Shown: positions 1-13,607, numbered from the stretch's first letter. The stretch is 64,000 nt of DNA from Amoebidium appalachense (GCA_963693365.1 CAVNZM010000013.1:6314640-6378639); one strand, 5' to 3'. Notes: generated by a model not told the origin, from the letters alone. Translations and numbers: made by a program.

Positions 1-243
1 AATGGAAGGAACCCAGAGCCAGACGAAAGAAAAGTTACTGGAGACAGGGCACGTTTTTTGAGACATAAAGAGTTACGGAGATAACATAAGGACGAAACGA
101 ATGCTTGCCCCCTGGCAAGACTCGAGAGAGAGGATCATTAAAAATAGGACGGACGGGAGAAGAATTAAGGGCGGTAAGGGGGGAGAAAATTGTTTCAAGA
201 CGACAGGGCAGGTGGCAGGCCGCCGGGGGGAGGGGGGAGGGGG

Positions 244-291
<48 letters not shown>

Positions 292-2091
292 GGGATAAAT
301 AAAATGCACTACTTCGGGGTGGAGAGTGGCACCGGCGAATCCCACATAGAACGTGGTTTTGCGTGAACATATCTCCCCCTTGCACAGGGTTGGATGTAGA
401 TCTGAAACGAGGTGACATTTGGGAATTTTGAACAAAACTTGCCTGTCTTATAAGCAGAGTTAGTGTCCCCTTTTCGCACTGGGGGGATAATATAGATGCG
501 AAGCCTTCAGGTCGTATTGGAGCCCCTGACCCCTCCTACTCCCTCCCCCCCCTCTCCGCCCGTCCCCTTCATGACCTGTGAATGCAATTATTGTTTGTTG
601 CTAACTTTGGGAAAGAATAATCTTCCGGTTACGTTGCAACCCTTGACTCCTACAACTCCCCTTCCCCCCCCCCCCCCCCCCCCACCCCCCACCCCCCCCC
701 CCCCTCCCCTCCCACACAACACGAACTGTGGATTAGTCCCCTCACCCATTATCCCCCCTTCCCCGCGCACACCCCCAACCCCCACCCCTTCACACACACA
801 CACCTTACCCCCCTCCCCTCCCCCCCACACCCCCTCCCCTCCCCAACCCCCCCCCCCCCCCCAACACACACACACACACACCTTCCCTCATCCCCCCCTC
901 CCCAGAACCCGAACCAGCACCTCTACTTTCGCCACACGATGCTCACTATCAAAATGAAGGTGAAGTGTCTAGTTGTGCCTGTCGTGCGCCGCCTCCAGAT
1001 CTCGGACTTGCTGCCACCACTAACTCTGGATTTTTGGTGCTTCTCTTTTATTGTCACATATTCATACAAGAAAACCCTGCCACCTAGCCGTTCATGCTCC
1101 TGCTTTCTCTCACTCTCGTTCCTCGAGCTCTCTCGCTCGCTCAACAGTGTGAAACTTTCGGGCCATCATCGGCTCAGTGTGCAAGAACGCGGCCCGAGAT
1201 TGATATGTTGCCGGGACCCATGATACCAGCCCTTAAAAAAATCTTATAAAAATAAAATATTTTTTAAAATTTATGTTTCGGCTCTTTTTCTGATTTAAAC
1301 AATTTAAACATAAAAAGTTTATGGCAAGTCAAGAATGCAGACTGACCCGACTCGTTTACCGAAGATTCGGCTGTGTGGCTGCGGCGTGGCGCGGAGGGGC
1401 AAAAGGTCACGAGTGAGCACACACCGAGGCAGCTGCAGCGAGCAAGAAAAAAGGTAGAAACGGAACGGTTCTCTTGTTTTTCTCTTCCCATTTTCAGTAC
1501 CAAATTATCCTTCTGCCGTTGGTAGGGAATATTACGTTTAGTTGGGCAGAGGGGTCTGGTCACAACGCTTCAAGCGGTATTTTGGGGTGTGATTCAGCTG
1601 TAGATGGGTGTGGTTCGAACGTCAAGAGCGGAGGATAAGGTCAACTGGGCAGATGATTAAGCAGTTGCATTTAGGGACACAGAAAGGAGGAAAGGGGTAT
1701 ATAGAGCATCATCCAAATTAGTGTGCCTGTGAGGAACGAAGTCTTTCAGGTGGCATCTGGCACGACACGCTGCAAATCATTCCTGTCTTTTTCTATGGCT
1801 TCGAGTAGAACATAACGCGCGCGGTACATCATGGCATGGGTGTTTCAGTCATCTACCATTTTTCCCTACACCATGGATTCTCACGGGTGTCCTTTCTTTT
1901 CATCCTGCTGATTTTCGGGGCCTCGGTGTTTTCGGCCAGGCAACACACACAAAACACGAGTTTTGGACTTTCCAACCAAGCGCATCGGGTGCATGCATCG
2001 TGCTTTTTATCAAGAATTTCCTTGTGTTCGTACTACAGTTCTGAACTTCAAACACGCTTTGCGATAAGCTCCCACCCCCACCCCCACCCCC

Positions 2092-2128
<37 letters not shown>

Positions 2129-2263
2129 AAAAAAAGAAATAGATAATGAAAAATAAAAAACTCCCTTTCTTCTTCACCTCTTTTCTCTTCCTCTTCCTCC
2201 ACCCTTTTCCCACGACCACCCATCCTCCATTCAAGTTTCCCCTCCCCTCCCCCCCTGCCCCCC

Positions 2264-2624
2264 GACTTAGGTAGCGATGGGGGAGCTTCCCTAGAAGCCC
2301 CGTCTCCTGAGTTCCTATCTATATTTTTCTTGCTGCTTACTGCTGCAAATTTAACCCCCGGCCTTTCCCACTGCCCTTGCCTGCATAAGCAACCCCGCTC
2401 GTCTCTGATCAAGACGGTTGACCTACCCATGTTCACGTGAAACAGTATCTGAGTTGGGTTTCGTTAACGAGGTAAATAGGTCGAAACTCGGGGTACTGTG
2501 GATGACGTGGGCCCCCCCTGAGGATGGGCTCTGCTTATTATGCATACTCTTTATGTATGGCTTGCATTCTGCATCGTGTTATCCGTTTGTTCTTGTGTAC
2601 TTCGTACTTTTTGACGCAATCAAA
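2264..2624 (+). mobile_element. SINE-like family A copy, 5'-truncated, in the probable 5'UTR intron of the F6-like gene
   Basis: Near-identical to 59938-60299; C-rich on both flanks. Confidence 0.8.
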
Positions 2625-2737
2625 CCCCCCTGCCCCCCCAGGCCCTCCCGTTTCCCACAACAACCCCTCATCCTTCTGCCCAATTCTCATCCATTTTTCC
2701 GTCCAGGTGCAGTTCACCAGCCAACCCCTCTCCCACC

Positions 2738-5011
2738 ATGTCTTTCCTTCGCCTTGCCACCGCTGCCCGGGCATCTGCCCCCATGATGCAGACCCGCGGC
2801 CTCTTTAGCACCGGTTCCCAGGACCCCGTGGTTGGTGTGTTCTTGGCTGAGCTCAAGAAGATCAAGGTGTGTGTGTGTGTGTGTGTGTACGTGTGTAGCT
2901 GTGTATACGTGTGTGCTTGTGTGTTTGTGTATACGTGTGTGCTTGTGTGTGTGTTGGTGGTGGTGTGTGGGTGTGTGGGTTTGTGGATGTGTACGTGTGT
3001 GTGTGTGTGTCTGTGGGTGTGTATGCATGTTTCATACTTAACGGTGTGTGTATGTGGGTGGATGGGTGTATGGGTGTATGTTTGTGGGTGGGTGGGTGTG
3101 CTTTTGTATATCCGTGTGTAGTTGTATGCGTGTTTGTACACTTTGCTGTGTGTATGTGTGCGTTTGTGTTTTTGTTTTTGTGTGGGAAGGAGGGGATGGG
3201 GATTTGGGATGGTGGGTTGGAGGGGTAGATGAATGAATGATGGGGTTGAGGAGAAAAAGTGTACTGGTATTGTGCCTTTTGTGTGTGTGCACGCTCGCAT
3301 GACGTGTCTGTACAATAATCTAGTATATGCAGATTTTTACATATTGACACAGGTACATCTGCGGGTGTGGGTGTGTAGACGTGTGGAATAGTGTGCGTAT
3401 TTGGGTGTTTGTGAATCTGCCTTAGTGATTGCGTGCGGGTTGAGTGTGTGGACATGTGGGATTCGCCGTGTGCTGATGGGTGTGTGCGTGTGTGCGTGTG
3501 TGTGTGTGTGTGTGTGTGCCTGTATGAGGGTCTGTGTTCGTTGGTTCACGTGCATGGATGAGCGCTCTATAGAGAGCACACATGTGGGAAAGGATGTTTA
3601 CACACACACATGTGCGCTGAAGCCTGAATAGGAACAACACCTTACTGCCACCGGTTCACTTCTCCCTTCCCCTAACTGCTCTGCAATCCACTCACACGCT
3701 GCACCTGAACGAGCCCACACGGCATGCACGTAGCATGTTAACCGGTTTGTGTACGTGCATGCACACACCTAACGTTTCACGCACATGCGCGTGCGCACAC
3801 GCACACACACACACACAACTGACTCATGCGCATGCACACACGCTTATATACGTGCACACGTGCACAAACATTGATCACCGCTGTCGGACTTGCGTACCCA
3901 CCCATCTACTGCATGTCACTTCTGCGCATGCTGGTGCGCACAAACACACACACACACACACATGTGAGGACCCCAGGCTGCATTTAGCATATTTAATTGA
4001 CATCTTCCAATCACATGCACAAAACACCTTTCCACACTCGTGAATGCACGCACGGACAGACCATCTCAGACACAATGCCACCAGCACGAGCACACGACCA
4101 CTTGCATGTGTCCTGCACCATGCTTCTCATCGTGTATGCGTACTTCGTACCGTGTTCCGCGTTCAAACCCCCCCATACACACACACCCGCCATCTTTGCT
4201 GAACACATGGATGCACATGCACACACACACACACACACATACGTGCACGCGCATGCCCTGTGCATGGGATGTGGGCATGTGAAACGGTTGTTATCAGGTT
4301 CGTTTTTATCAAAACACATCTCGCTGTGCTACCTCAAACACATCGACATTCTTTCGAACCAACCAACCCCCACCCCCCACCTCTCTCTTCCCCCTTTCCC
4401 TCTGCCCCTACCACACATGCGCGGGCCTGCGGACATGCGCGCGGACACACACACACACACACATTTTTGTTATGAACACAGCAACAGCTCTTTGCTGAAG
4501 CTCACACACATCCCTTGTGCCTGCGTCCCCCCCCCCCCCCCCCCCCCCCCCCCCTTCCCGGGCACATCCGAGGGTGGGCCCAACTCATGTTCTACCCTGT
4601 GTGTTAATTACCCTTCTTGCTTGTCCTCGTCACGTTATCCGGTTGTTAAGCTATATTGTATTCGGTACGGTACACTAGCCTCCCCTCTTTCTTCTCCACG
4701 CGCGCGAACACACACACACACGCACCCACACACAACACACACAGTGGATTACCTCCCCCCCCCCCCCCCCCCCCCCCCCTCCCCTAAGGATGGGCTCAGC
4801 TTATGACGGATACTCCTTTTTGTGTGCTTGGCAAGTTTTGCATAGTGTTGTCCGTCATGAATGTGTCCTGGCTCTGCATAACACAATCTTACCCTCCCCC
4901 CCCCCACCCACCCTCCGTCCCTCTCACAGCCTCCTCACCCACCCACTCCACTCCCCATACACCCACCTACACAGACACACACACTCGCACACACTCTCAC
5001 CCACTCACTCC

Positions 5012-5054
<43 letters not shown>

Positions 5055-5268
5055 TTGAGTTTACACTATGCACTATGGCTTCCGTTATAATTGTGTACTT
5101 TGTGCTCTATAACGTAATCTAACCCCCCTCCCAACCCCCCCTCTGCAGGCTGCCCGTGCGGCCAAGAAGTCAGCGCCGACTGCCGATGAGCTCAAGCTGC
5201 AGGCCGAGATCGAGAAGCTCATGAAGCTCGAGGGTCTGGCTGAGCTCGGCGTCAAGGTCCCCAAGTAA
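2738..5268 (+). CDS. Mitochondrial ATP synthase coupling factor 6 (F6/subunit h)-like protein, 82 aa, 2 coding exons
   Basis: Exons 2738-2866 and 5149-5268 join in phase 0 at GT/AG. Protein: MSFLRLATAARASAPMMQTRGLFSTGSQDPVVGVFLAELKKIK-AARAAKKSAPTADELKLQAEIEKLMKLEGLAELGVKVPK*. It has an Arg/Ser/Ala-rich presequence with no acidic residues, then a DPVxxxFxxELK motif resembling DPIQKLFVDKIRE of F6. Family call is by eye. Confidence 0.7.
4100..5122 (+). mobile_element. Short and degenerate 3' fragments of the same SINE-like families (4100-4167, 4781-4885, 5055-5122)
   Basis: TTGCATGTGTCCTGCACC..GCGTTCAAACCCCCC; AGGATGGGCTCAGCTTATGAC; TTGTGTACTT..CTAACCCCCC. Confidence 0.6.
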
Positions 5269-5586
5269 ATTAGCCTTATTGGGCAATATATCGTGGTGAC
5301 TGGTTGGCTCGGTGGTGTGATGTGTAGTGATTAGCCTGGTATGGAAATAAAGCATGACGTGCTATTGGCTGGCGCAGCCTGGGCTGCGGGCTTAACAGAC
5401 GGCGCATTGCCAATGAATGTTGAACATTCACTGAACGGTTGCACAAAGCATTCGTCACTAATATTGGTTGCAGGTTGTTAGAGCTTGGTTAGATAATCTG
5501 AGGTGTGTGTGTGGTTTGCTCGACGAAGAATCTTGAAAGCGCGTCAATCGCATCGTGCATGGTCCCCCCCCCCCCCCCCCCCCCCC

Positions 5587-6371
5587 GCGTTTGTCGCTGC
5601 ACTGCATTAGTTTGCACACACATCTTCACCGTTTTGCTCACCTTGCTTGCATAAGCAACCCTGCTCGTCTTTGATCAAGACGGGTTGACCCACCCAAGTT
5701 CAGTTGATGCTGCTGTCTGAGTTGGAGCGTCGTATATACGCGGGCTAAGGGGTCGAAACTCAGACGCAATTGATGACTTGGGCCCTCCCTGAGGATGGGC
5801 TCTGCTTATGACGCATACTGTGCGCATGGCTGATGCTGCATAGTTGAATGTTTGCCTTTGCATGTGTCCTGCACCATGCTTCTCATCGTGTATGCGTACT
5901 TCGTACTGTGTTCCGCATTCAAACCCCCCCTGTCTTCTTTCAGAGGTGTCCTTTCAGGACAGACCACTGTGTGGAGACATCTTTACTTCCATGCAACCGG
6001 GCATGGTTGCTCTGTGTCGTGCATCTGTAAGCACACGCGTTTGTCGCTGCACTGCATTAGTTTGCACACACATCTTCACCGTTTTGCTCACCTTGCTTGC
6101 ATAAGCAACCCTGCTCGTCTTTGATCAAGACGGGTTGACCCACCCAAGTTCAGTTGATGCTGCTGTCTGAGTTGGAGCGTCGTATATACGGGGGCTAAGG
6201 GGTCGAAACTCAGACGCAATTGATGACTTGGGCCCTCCCTGAGGATGGGCTCTGCTTATGACGCATACTGTGCGCATGGCTGATGCTGCATAGTTGAATG
6301 TTTGCCTTTGCATGTGTCCTGCACCATGCTTCTCATCGTGTATGCGTACTTCGTACTGTGTTCCGCATTCA

Positions 6372-6373
<2 letters not shown>
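5587..6373 (+). mobile_element. Two tandem SINE-like family B copies (5587-5923 and 5931-6373)
   Basis: About 335 bp near-identical at a 450-bp offset. The second copy is longer at the 5' end. The copies are separated and flanked by C-runs and share the 3' core with family A. Confidence 0.8.
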
Positions 6374-6410
<37 letters not shown>

Positions 6411-7210
6411 CCACCACCACCACTACACACACACATGAACACATTGACAAAAACACATGCGTACTCTTTGTGACTGTGTACGTGTGGTAGATTTGAGGAG
6501 GGAAGCTTTGAGAGAGTGAGGGAGGTCATGATTGAGGGAAAGGTCTATATTACAGCGAGAATTATTATAGGAGAAAGGATCCGGAAGGGAGCGCGCGGCG
6601 AGGAAACTTGGATAAAACATAGATCCAGGGAGCTAATTAATATCTAGTAGAGAGGAAGCTCACTAGCGCTGCAGAGCTCGGGAGAAAGCTTTGCGTTACT
6701 AGCTCTTAATAGCCTAGAGAGAGAAAGCTCTGTAGGGAGCCGCTGAGCCTCAGGAGCGCCTGAGAGAGAAAAGCTCAGCCTTGAAAGCCTAATCGCTGTA
6801 GTAGAGAGTGCCCTCTGGCTCTCAGCTCATAATTCAGCCAGAGAGCGCGCACGGGCCCATTCGATCGATGTCTGAGATCTGGGAGCGCGAGAGAGAGATA
6901 TTGAGGGGCCTACCGGAGGAGGGGGATCCGGACACTGGGTAGCTGGCAATCTCGAAACGTGAACGAGAGAGAGAGAGATAAAGAGAGAGCGAGAGCTTGA
7001 GAGGCAGAGAGAAAGAGAGACGGTACGCATACATAGGCTTTTCTATTGTGTAGCCTTAGCGATCGACTCGATTGAAGGAACTCACGGAGCTCCGAGCCTG
7101 AGCCAAAACAACCAATCAAAGCACCCCATTCAATCTTGCTGCCAACAATCCCACAATCGAAAGTACAAAAATCATTTTGCTCATAAATCCATTCCACCCG
7201 ATTCATAGGT

Positions 7211-7403
7211 ATCGCTTCTCGGCCTTTTGGCTAAGATCAAGTGTAGTATCTGTTCTTATCAGCTTAATATCTGATATGGGATTTACGGATCCCGATCAAT
7301 ATTAACCTTATTTTTGTGCCCGGGTCATATGTTCTGAGCTTGCTCAAACTATGGCCACACGTGGCCCTGGTATCGCACTACCTCCAGGGCTGCGGGGTGC
7401 CCC
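7211..7403 (+). ncRNA. RNU2: U2 spliceosomal snRNA
   Basis: Begins ATCGCTTCTCGGCCTTTTGGCTAAGATCAAGTGTAGTATCTGTTCTTATCAG, the canonical U2 5' end with the GUAGUA branch-pairing motif. Sm site ATTTTTG at ~7310; stem-loop IV CCCTGG-TATCGCACTACCT-CCAGGG. 3' end approximate. Confidence 0.97.
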
Positions 7404-8335
7404 TCCACACATCGCGAAAGGATAATTAGGCAATGTCCCTTCCTCATATCCGTAAACACATTGACAAAACTGAAGTCGTTCCGTTCTGTTATGCTTCCCT
7501 CACATGTACTTACAATCGAAGCCCTCAAAAACGACTGGATCACAGGATTTCCCCTTGTGCATAGGGCAGAGTATTTGAGTCACTGATTTCTTGCACTGTG
7601 CACGAGGTAAATGCACAATTATTGTGCCGAAGGCTTCACCCCCCCCCTACCCAACCCACCCACCCACCCACCACCACCACCACCACGTACCACCCACCCA
7701 CCCAAAACAATCATGGGCGCATACACACGTCGCTGCACACACACGCAACACCCACATACGTGACCCACACAGTGTCACACACACCCCTCACTCCCTACAC
7801 CACCATTCAGTCACGGCCGATACGCTATACAAAAATCTACATAAACCCCCGCACTTACGGGCCCTCCAACACACATGGATACGTGCACACACACATGTAC
7901 ACAAACACACAGACACATGCGACACATACCTGTACATGTCCACACGCGCACACACGTTTGTGTTTTAACACACACCGTGCACAGCAAAGTACAATAAAAT
8001 TTGAAAGAGACATAGGCCATGAAACTACTACCGCGGCCGCCCGTGCATATGTAAACGGTGGTCAGGATTAGTCGGTCTATAGGGCATACATTTAGTATTG
8101 TGCTGGATATCAAGCCACCACTGCCACCAGGGCTACGTGGGGTGTTCTGACATGTCATAACAGTTACATAGAGTACTAATATAGTCTAAACATAATAACA
8201 TTATGGCACACTGCAACTAACACTATTTTTGGAACAATATTCTGCGGCTGGAAAGAACACTGGCAGCATAAAAAAGACAGCATTGGTACATATGCTTGGT
8301 TTTCTGTTGCATGAAAATCTCTTCTGTTTTTGTGT

Positions 8336-8379
<44 letters not shown>

Positions 8380-8907
8380 ACGCACGCTCATGTGCGGGGT
8401 GTACAATGTGTCACACTCACAGGGTTATGGTGTGTGCGTTAACGTGGGTCACTGTCTGTTTGCATGAGCGTGCCTGCATCATTTGGGTCAATACGCATAC
8501 TGGATAGACAAAAGAAGTATAACAGTCAATAGAAAATTAATCGGCATACAATTAGGGGGTTTTTTTTAAAAAAAAAGGCAAAAGATTAAAAATAAAACAC
8601 ACACACTCACACAGTGTCCCACAAATATTCTTTTCCACTCACAATTATAACAGCAATTTAAGACGTGCCCGTGCACATTTCAGTTATCCTAATCTACAGG
8701 GAACGGGTTGCCTGTGCACATCACATCAACCCATTAAATTATTGCACGATGCTAATGATAGATAGTCTTGAACATTGTAACACTACATATGTAAAGAAGG
8801 AGAATGACGTTATATAGTTAATCAGTTATATATAGGGCCTGGCAGCGAGCGGGCTGGAGGGGGGGCAAGAGGGGGGGAAGTGAGAGGGGGGGGGGGGGGG
8901 GGGGGGG

Positions 8908-8993
<86 letters not shown>

Positions 8994-9047
8994 TGCAGTC
9001 CGTTTTACTAATAAAACAAATACGTTTAAAAAAAAAACCAATCTGCA

Positions 9048-9562
9048 CTATGCAGCAACCCCTTCATCCGTCCCAGCCTTTCCCATCCCCCCATACACTT
9101 CTCCTCCCGACCTTCCCTCAGATTCCCCATCCTCCTCTCCTGTCTCCCCCTTCTCCCCATCCACTTGCACCTTTATTCCGTCCACACCCTTTCCATCCGC
9201 ACTGACACTCGCACTTGCCGCCACATTTGTCTTTGCAATCTGTCTCTGTGCCTCTCTTAGTAACTTTGCAAGTCTCCTTTTGTCCTCCTCCTCCTCTCTG
9301 CGCCTGCTTGCCTGTGTTAGCAGTTCGATGCACCTCTGTGCCCCAGCAAGGTGGGCCACTAGTTCGCGAAGGTGCACCTGCTCCTCTTCGCTTGGTGTCC
9401 TGTGGTGTGGGGTGGAGGTTGGGGGTAAAAGTTAGAGGGGTAGGGTGGACGGGAGAGCTTGGGGGGTGGGTGCGTGGGTGGGTGGGTGGGTGGGGGGGGT
9501 CAGAATGCATGAGCAGGATGGGAAGTACACGTTCATGGAGGAAAAGAAAGTTTTTTTTTTTT

Positions 9563-9593
<31 letters not shown>

Positions 9594-10720
9594 GGGGGAT
9601 GGGGTGTTTAGAATGCGCCACAGAATATGATGGTTGTTTAAACTTAACTGTATTAAACTTTATTGTTTAAACGATGGGAACATACTGGCAGCCGACATAA
9701 TGCAGATAGCAAAGCACACTTGGGGAGGGGGGGGGGAGGGGGGGGGGGGGGGGGGGGCTCTTTGAGGGCAGAGGAAGGAGAGAAGATGGTGGAGTGGGAA
9801 GATAATGGGGAAGGGGGAGGGGGGGAAGGAGGGAGGGGGGAGAGGGTAACGGGGGAAGGACGGGGGTTTTGGAGCAGTGGAAGACAAAACACATGCTCGC
9901 TGTATCCAAGTTCGGACCCCTTTCATTTTACGTTGTGAAACACAGGGGGAAGCCGGGAGGATGAGGTGTGGGAGGAGGGTGGGGCGGGGGAGGGGGGGCG
10001 GAGGTGAAGAGAGGAGAGTCCGATGTGCGAAGATATTGGGGTTGGGATGTATGCATTTTGACGTTGTATGGTGCATGCCAAGGTGCAGTTCAAGGCTCCA
10101 CAGTGCCTTTTTATATGTTCCACGTTTTTTTTCTAGTGTGTGTGTGTGTGTGTGTGGTTGTGTGTGTGTGTGTGTTGTGTGTTGGTGGGGGTGGGTGGGT
10201 GGGTGTTTTTTTCTTGTGTGTGGGTGTGTGTTTGTGTTTGTGTGTGTGTGGGGTGTGCCTACCTCCTAGCCAGTGACTGGCTCAGCCTCCAGATTCCACT
10301 GTCGACCTCTCGGATCAGCTGATTGGTCCGCAGCACCCAGTTCTCCTCCGGCTCATCACCATCATGCTGCAGGGGGGTGGGAAAGGGAGTATTTAAGGTA
10401 CATGCAAAAGCATCATGGGGGACTGTGAAAAAGCAAGTGCATGTGTTCACATTGTTGCACAAAGAAGAGACGAATGTGTATTCAAATCATGTTGTTAAAG
10501 TGAGTGTTTGTATTCAAATTCCTTAGTAACCCTTACTTTTTCAAATACAGACACCCCTCCCCTCCCCGCCCAGCCCTTCTCTCCTATCCTCAAAGCTACA
10601 CACAGCTACTACACAGACACAGAGACACACACACACAACACCACCAAAAAACGAAACCTTCCTCTCCGTTATCTCTTGCCCACACACAACCCCAAGCTAA
10701 CCCCCTGGGGTTGCGGAGGA

Positions 10721-10755
<35 letters not shown>

Positions 10756-11541
10756 TATCTATTTCGTCCCCTCCCCCCCTCGCCCCCAACCCCCCTCCAA
10801 AAAAAAAAAAAAAAAAAAAAAAAAACGGAAGAAAAAGGACAGAGAAAATGGAGTAGAAGAGATAAAAGAACCCCACCCAGCCATACCTCGTCCATCTCCG
10901 CCTCCGGTGTCACCGGTCTCGGGGGTATGACGTCATTCAACCGTTTCTGAATCGTCGCAAAGTTCCACCGAGGGGGTGGGGGTGGGGGTACGGGTCTATT
11001 TGGTGCCGCCGGCCCATGGTGAAACCCGCCTGTACCCTCCTCCTTCTCCCCCTCCCTACCCCTCTCTCCCTCCCCATCTCTCTTCCCCTCCCTCTCCTCC
11101 ACTTTTTCTTGTTCAGGCTCAATGACATGCTTCCCGTACATCTTCTCCCATTCTCTGTCTGCGTAGTCTAAAGAGAGTAGACCCGGGTTGTAGGGTACGC
11201 CTTGGAAAGGCGCGAGGATTGGTAACGTCGGGAGGATTGGTAGGGTTTGGGCCGAGGGCGCTGGCGTGGGGGAGGTTGGGTGTGCGCCGCCTGTAGATGG
11301 TGCTGTGTGTGTGTTAATGTTTTGCGTTGGGTGAGGTGAGAAAGCTTGGAGAGTAGAAGGCGTGTGTACATGACACCATAATTTATGTAATGCGAGATGC
11401 AAAACGGGGGGTTGAGAGGGGGGGGGATGGGAGGGTAAAAAGGACAAGACATCTCTTGAGTAGAGAAATTTACCCGTGTGTTGACTCAGATGGCAGATGC
11501 TATTATCTCATGTTGCAGAAGCACAAAGGAGAAAGAAAGGG

Positions 11542-11579
<38 letters not shown>

Positions 11580-11662
11580 AGGTGACACCAATTCATGAGG
11601 ATTGATAAAAGGCCCTGGGAAGCCATCAAGAAGGAAGAACACGTAGGAACTTGGGTCTCTCT

Positions 11663-11712
<50 letters not shown>

Positions 11713-12885
11713 CCCCCCCCCCCTCTTCTCTCTCTCATTCTCTCCTCTCAAGCCTCCCCCTCTCCCCTCCCCCCCCCCCCCCCCCCTTCCCCCTCTATAA
11801 TTTCTCCCTCTTCTTCGTTTTTTCGTAAGGTTCATAAGGTAAAGGGGAAGAAGGGCCAGGAAAGGGGGGGGGGGGGGGGAGGGGGAGGGGGGGGGGGGGG
11901 GGGGGGGGGGGGGAAGGGGGGGTAAGGTTTCTCACCGTGAGCGGCAGTACCAGGTTCACTTGCAATTTTCAAGCCATCTTCCGCCCCATCAACCCCCTCA
12001 CCACGATACGAGTCAATCCATCCATCCCCAGTAACATGGTCCCCCCTCATTCTCCCCCTCCTCTCCGCTCACCAAAACACTCTCCCCCTCCCCCTCCTCC
12101 CCTCCCTTTTCTTCTCCTTCCTCATCCTCTTTCATATCAACGTTCCTCCTTCCTGTCTCCCAAAAACGGTCCATAAAATGTCGCTTTACAACTGGTTTTC
12201 CGGTCGGTTCGAAGCCCGAATCGTGATGACCCGATTCGTAAGCCCACGTTTCGTGATCCTCTTTGCCCCCTACCGCTGCCCAGGTGGCAAAACCCCCCTC
12301 GGTCCCTGTGTGTGGGGCAGCGGGTAATGTGGGTAATGTGTGGGAGCCCCCCGTCTCTACCCCCTCTCTCTCCTTTTCAACGGGTAAGGATGGGACAGAG
12401 GGTACATGGGCTGGGGAGGTTGGGCCCATATCGTGCACATGCACGTGCAGTCGTTCGTGTTCGTGTTCGTGTTCGTGAGCGGGATATGGAGACGCTATGG
12501 TCTTGTATTCAGGGTTGCGCCATTGCGCACTATCATCGAAGGTGTACGTGCTTGCACGAGCACACCCACCGGAGGGGTGCGGTGCCGAGGTGAGCGGGTA
12601 GGCCACTGGCCGGAAGGGGACGGGCCCCAATCCAACCGGGATGGGCCGGTAGGTGGGGTGGACGGCGGCGGTGGGGGAGGTGGGGGTGGGGTCCACCTTT
12701 TCCATGCCCTGCAAGGGGGGAGGGGGAGGAGGGGAGGGGGGAGGGGGGGGGGGGGGGGGAGGGAGGGGGGGGGGGGGGGGAGGAGGGGGGGGGAGGGGGA
12801 GGGGGGGGGGGGAGGGGTGGAGATGGAGTTTTAGAGTGACGGTTGATGGGTATTGGAAGATAATCTTCTTGGGCACATGTAAAGG

Positions 12886-12932
<47 letters not shown>

Positions 12933-13455
12933 TGTGGGTGTGTGCTTGTGTTTGTGTGTGCGTGTGTGTGCGTGTGTGTGTGTGTGTTGCATGCATGTTG
13001 CGTGGAGGCCCCGGGTGGGGGGAATCGAAGCTGTAATGGTGATCAAAGAGGTTTAAAGGCATTTGGGGAGCTGATAGCGAAAGATATGTGGGTGGTTCAC
13101 CCACCTTGATCACAGAAGAATAAGGGCACGTTTGCCAGCAGATGCTACAGGCAAGAGCAGTGGAAACACCGTTGGCAGGGGGCAGGCGGGGGGGGGGGGG
13201 GGGGGGGGAGGGGGGGAGGAAGGAGGCTGAAAGATACAAGAAGGGGGGAAAGGAACACAAAAATGGTGCATACCAGCGTGTTCTGTGCCCGGTCATAGGT
13301 CTGCCACCATTGGTTGACAAAGGTTGCGGAATGCGCACAGGAATCCGGCACAAATGCCTCCCCACTGCTAAAGCGCATCATGCGCCAGGGCTTGTGGCTG
13401 CCCAGAAAGTGAACGATGCGGGCATCATTGCCAAACCGTGCAAATGCTGGCATGT

Positions 13456-13546
<91 letters not shown>

Positions 13547-13566
13547 GGGAAGGGGGGGGGAGGGGA

Positions 13567-13607
<41 letters not shown>

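Noticed and set aside
923-1223. Short ORFs on both strands
   Set aside because: No recognisable protein features; more likely the 5'UTR or promoter of a minus-strand gene leaving the window.
1595-1635. tRNA gene around GGTTCGAAC
   Set aside because: An isolated B-box-like word with no cloverleaf.
5715-5800. Hammerhead ribozyme in the SINE-like core (GAAAC and CTGAGGA present)
   Set aside because: Motif order and stems do not fit any hammerhead topology, and the core bases vary between copies.
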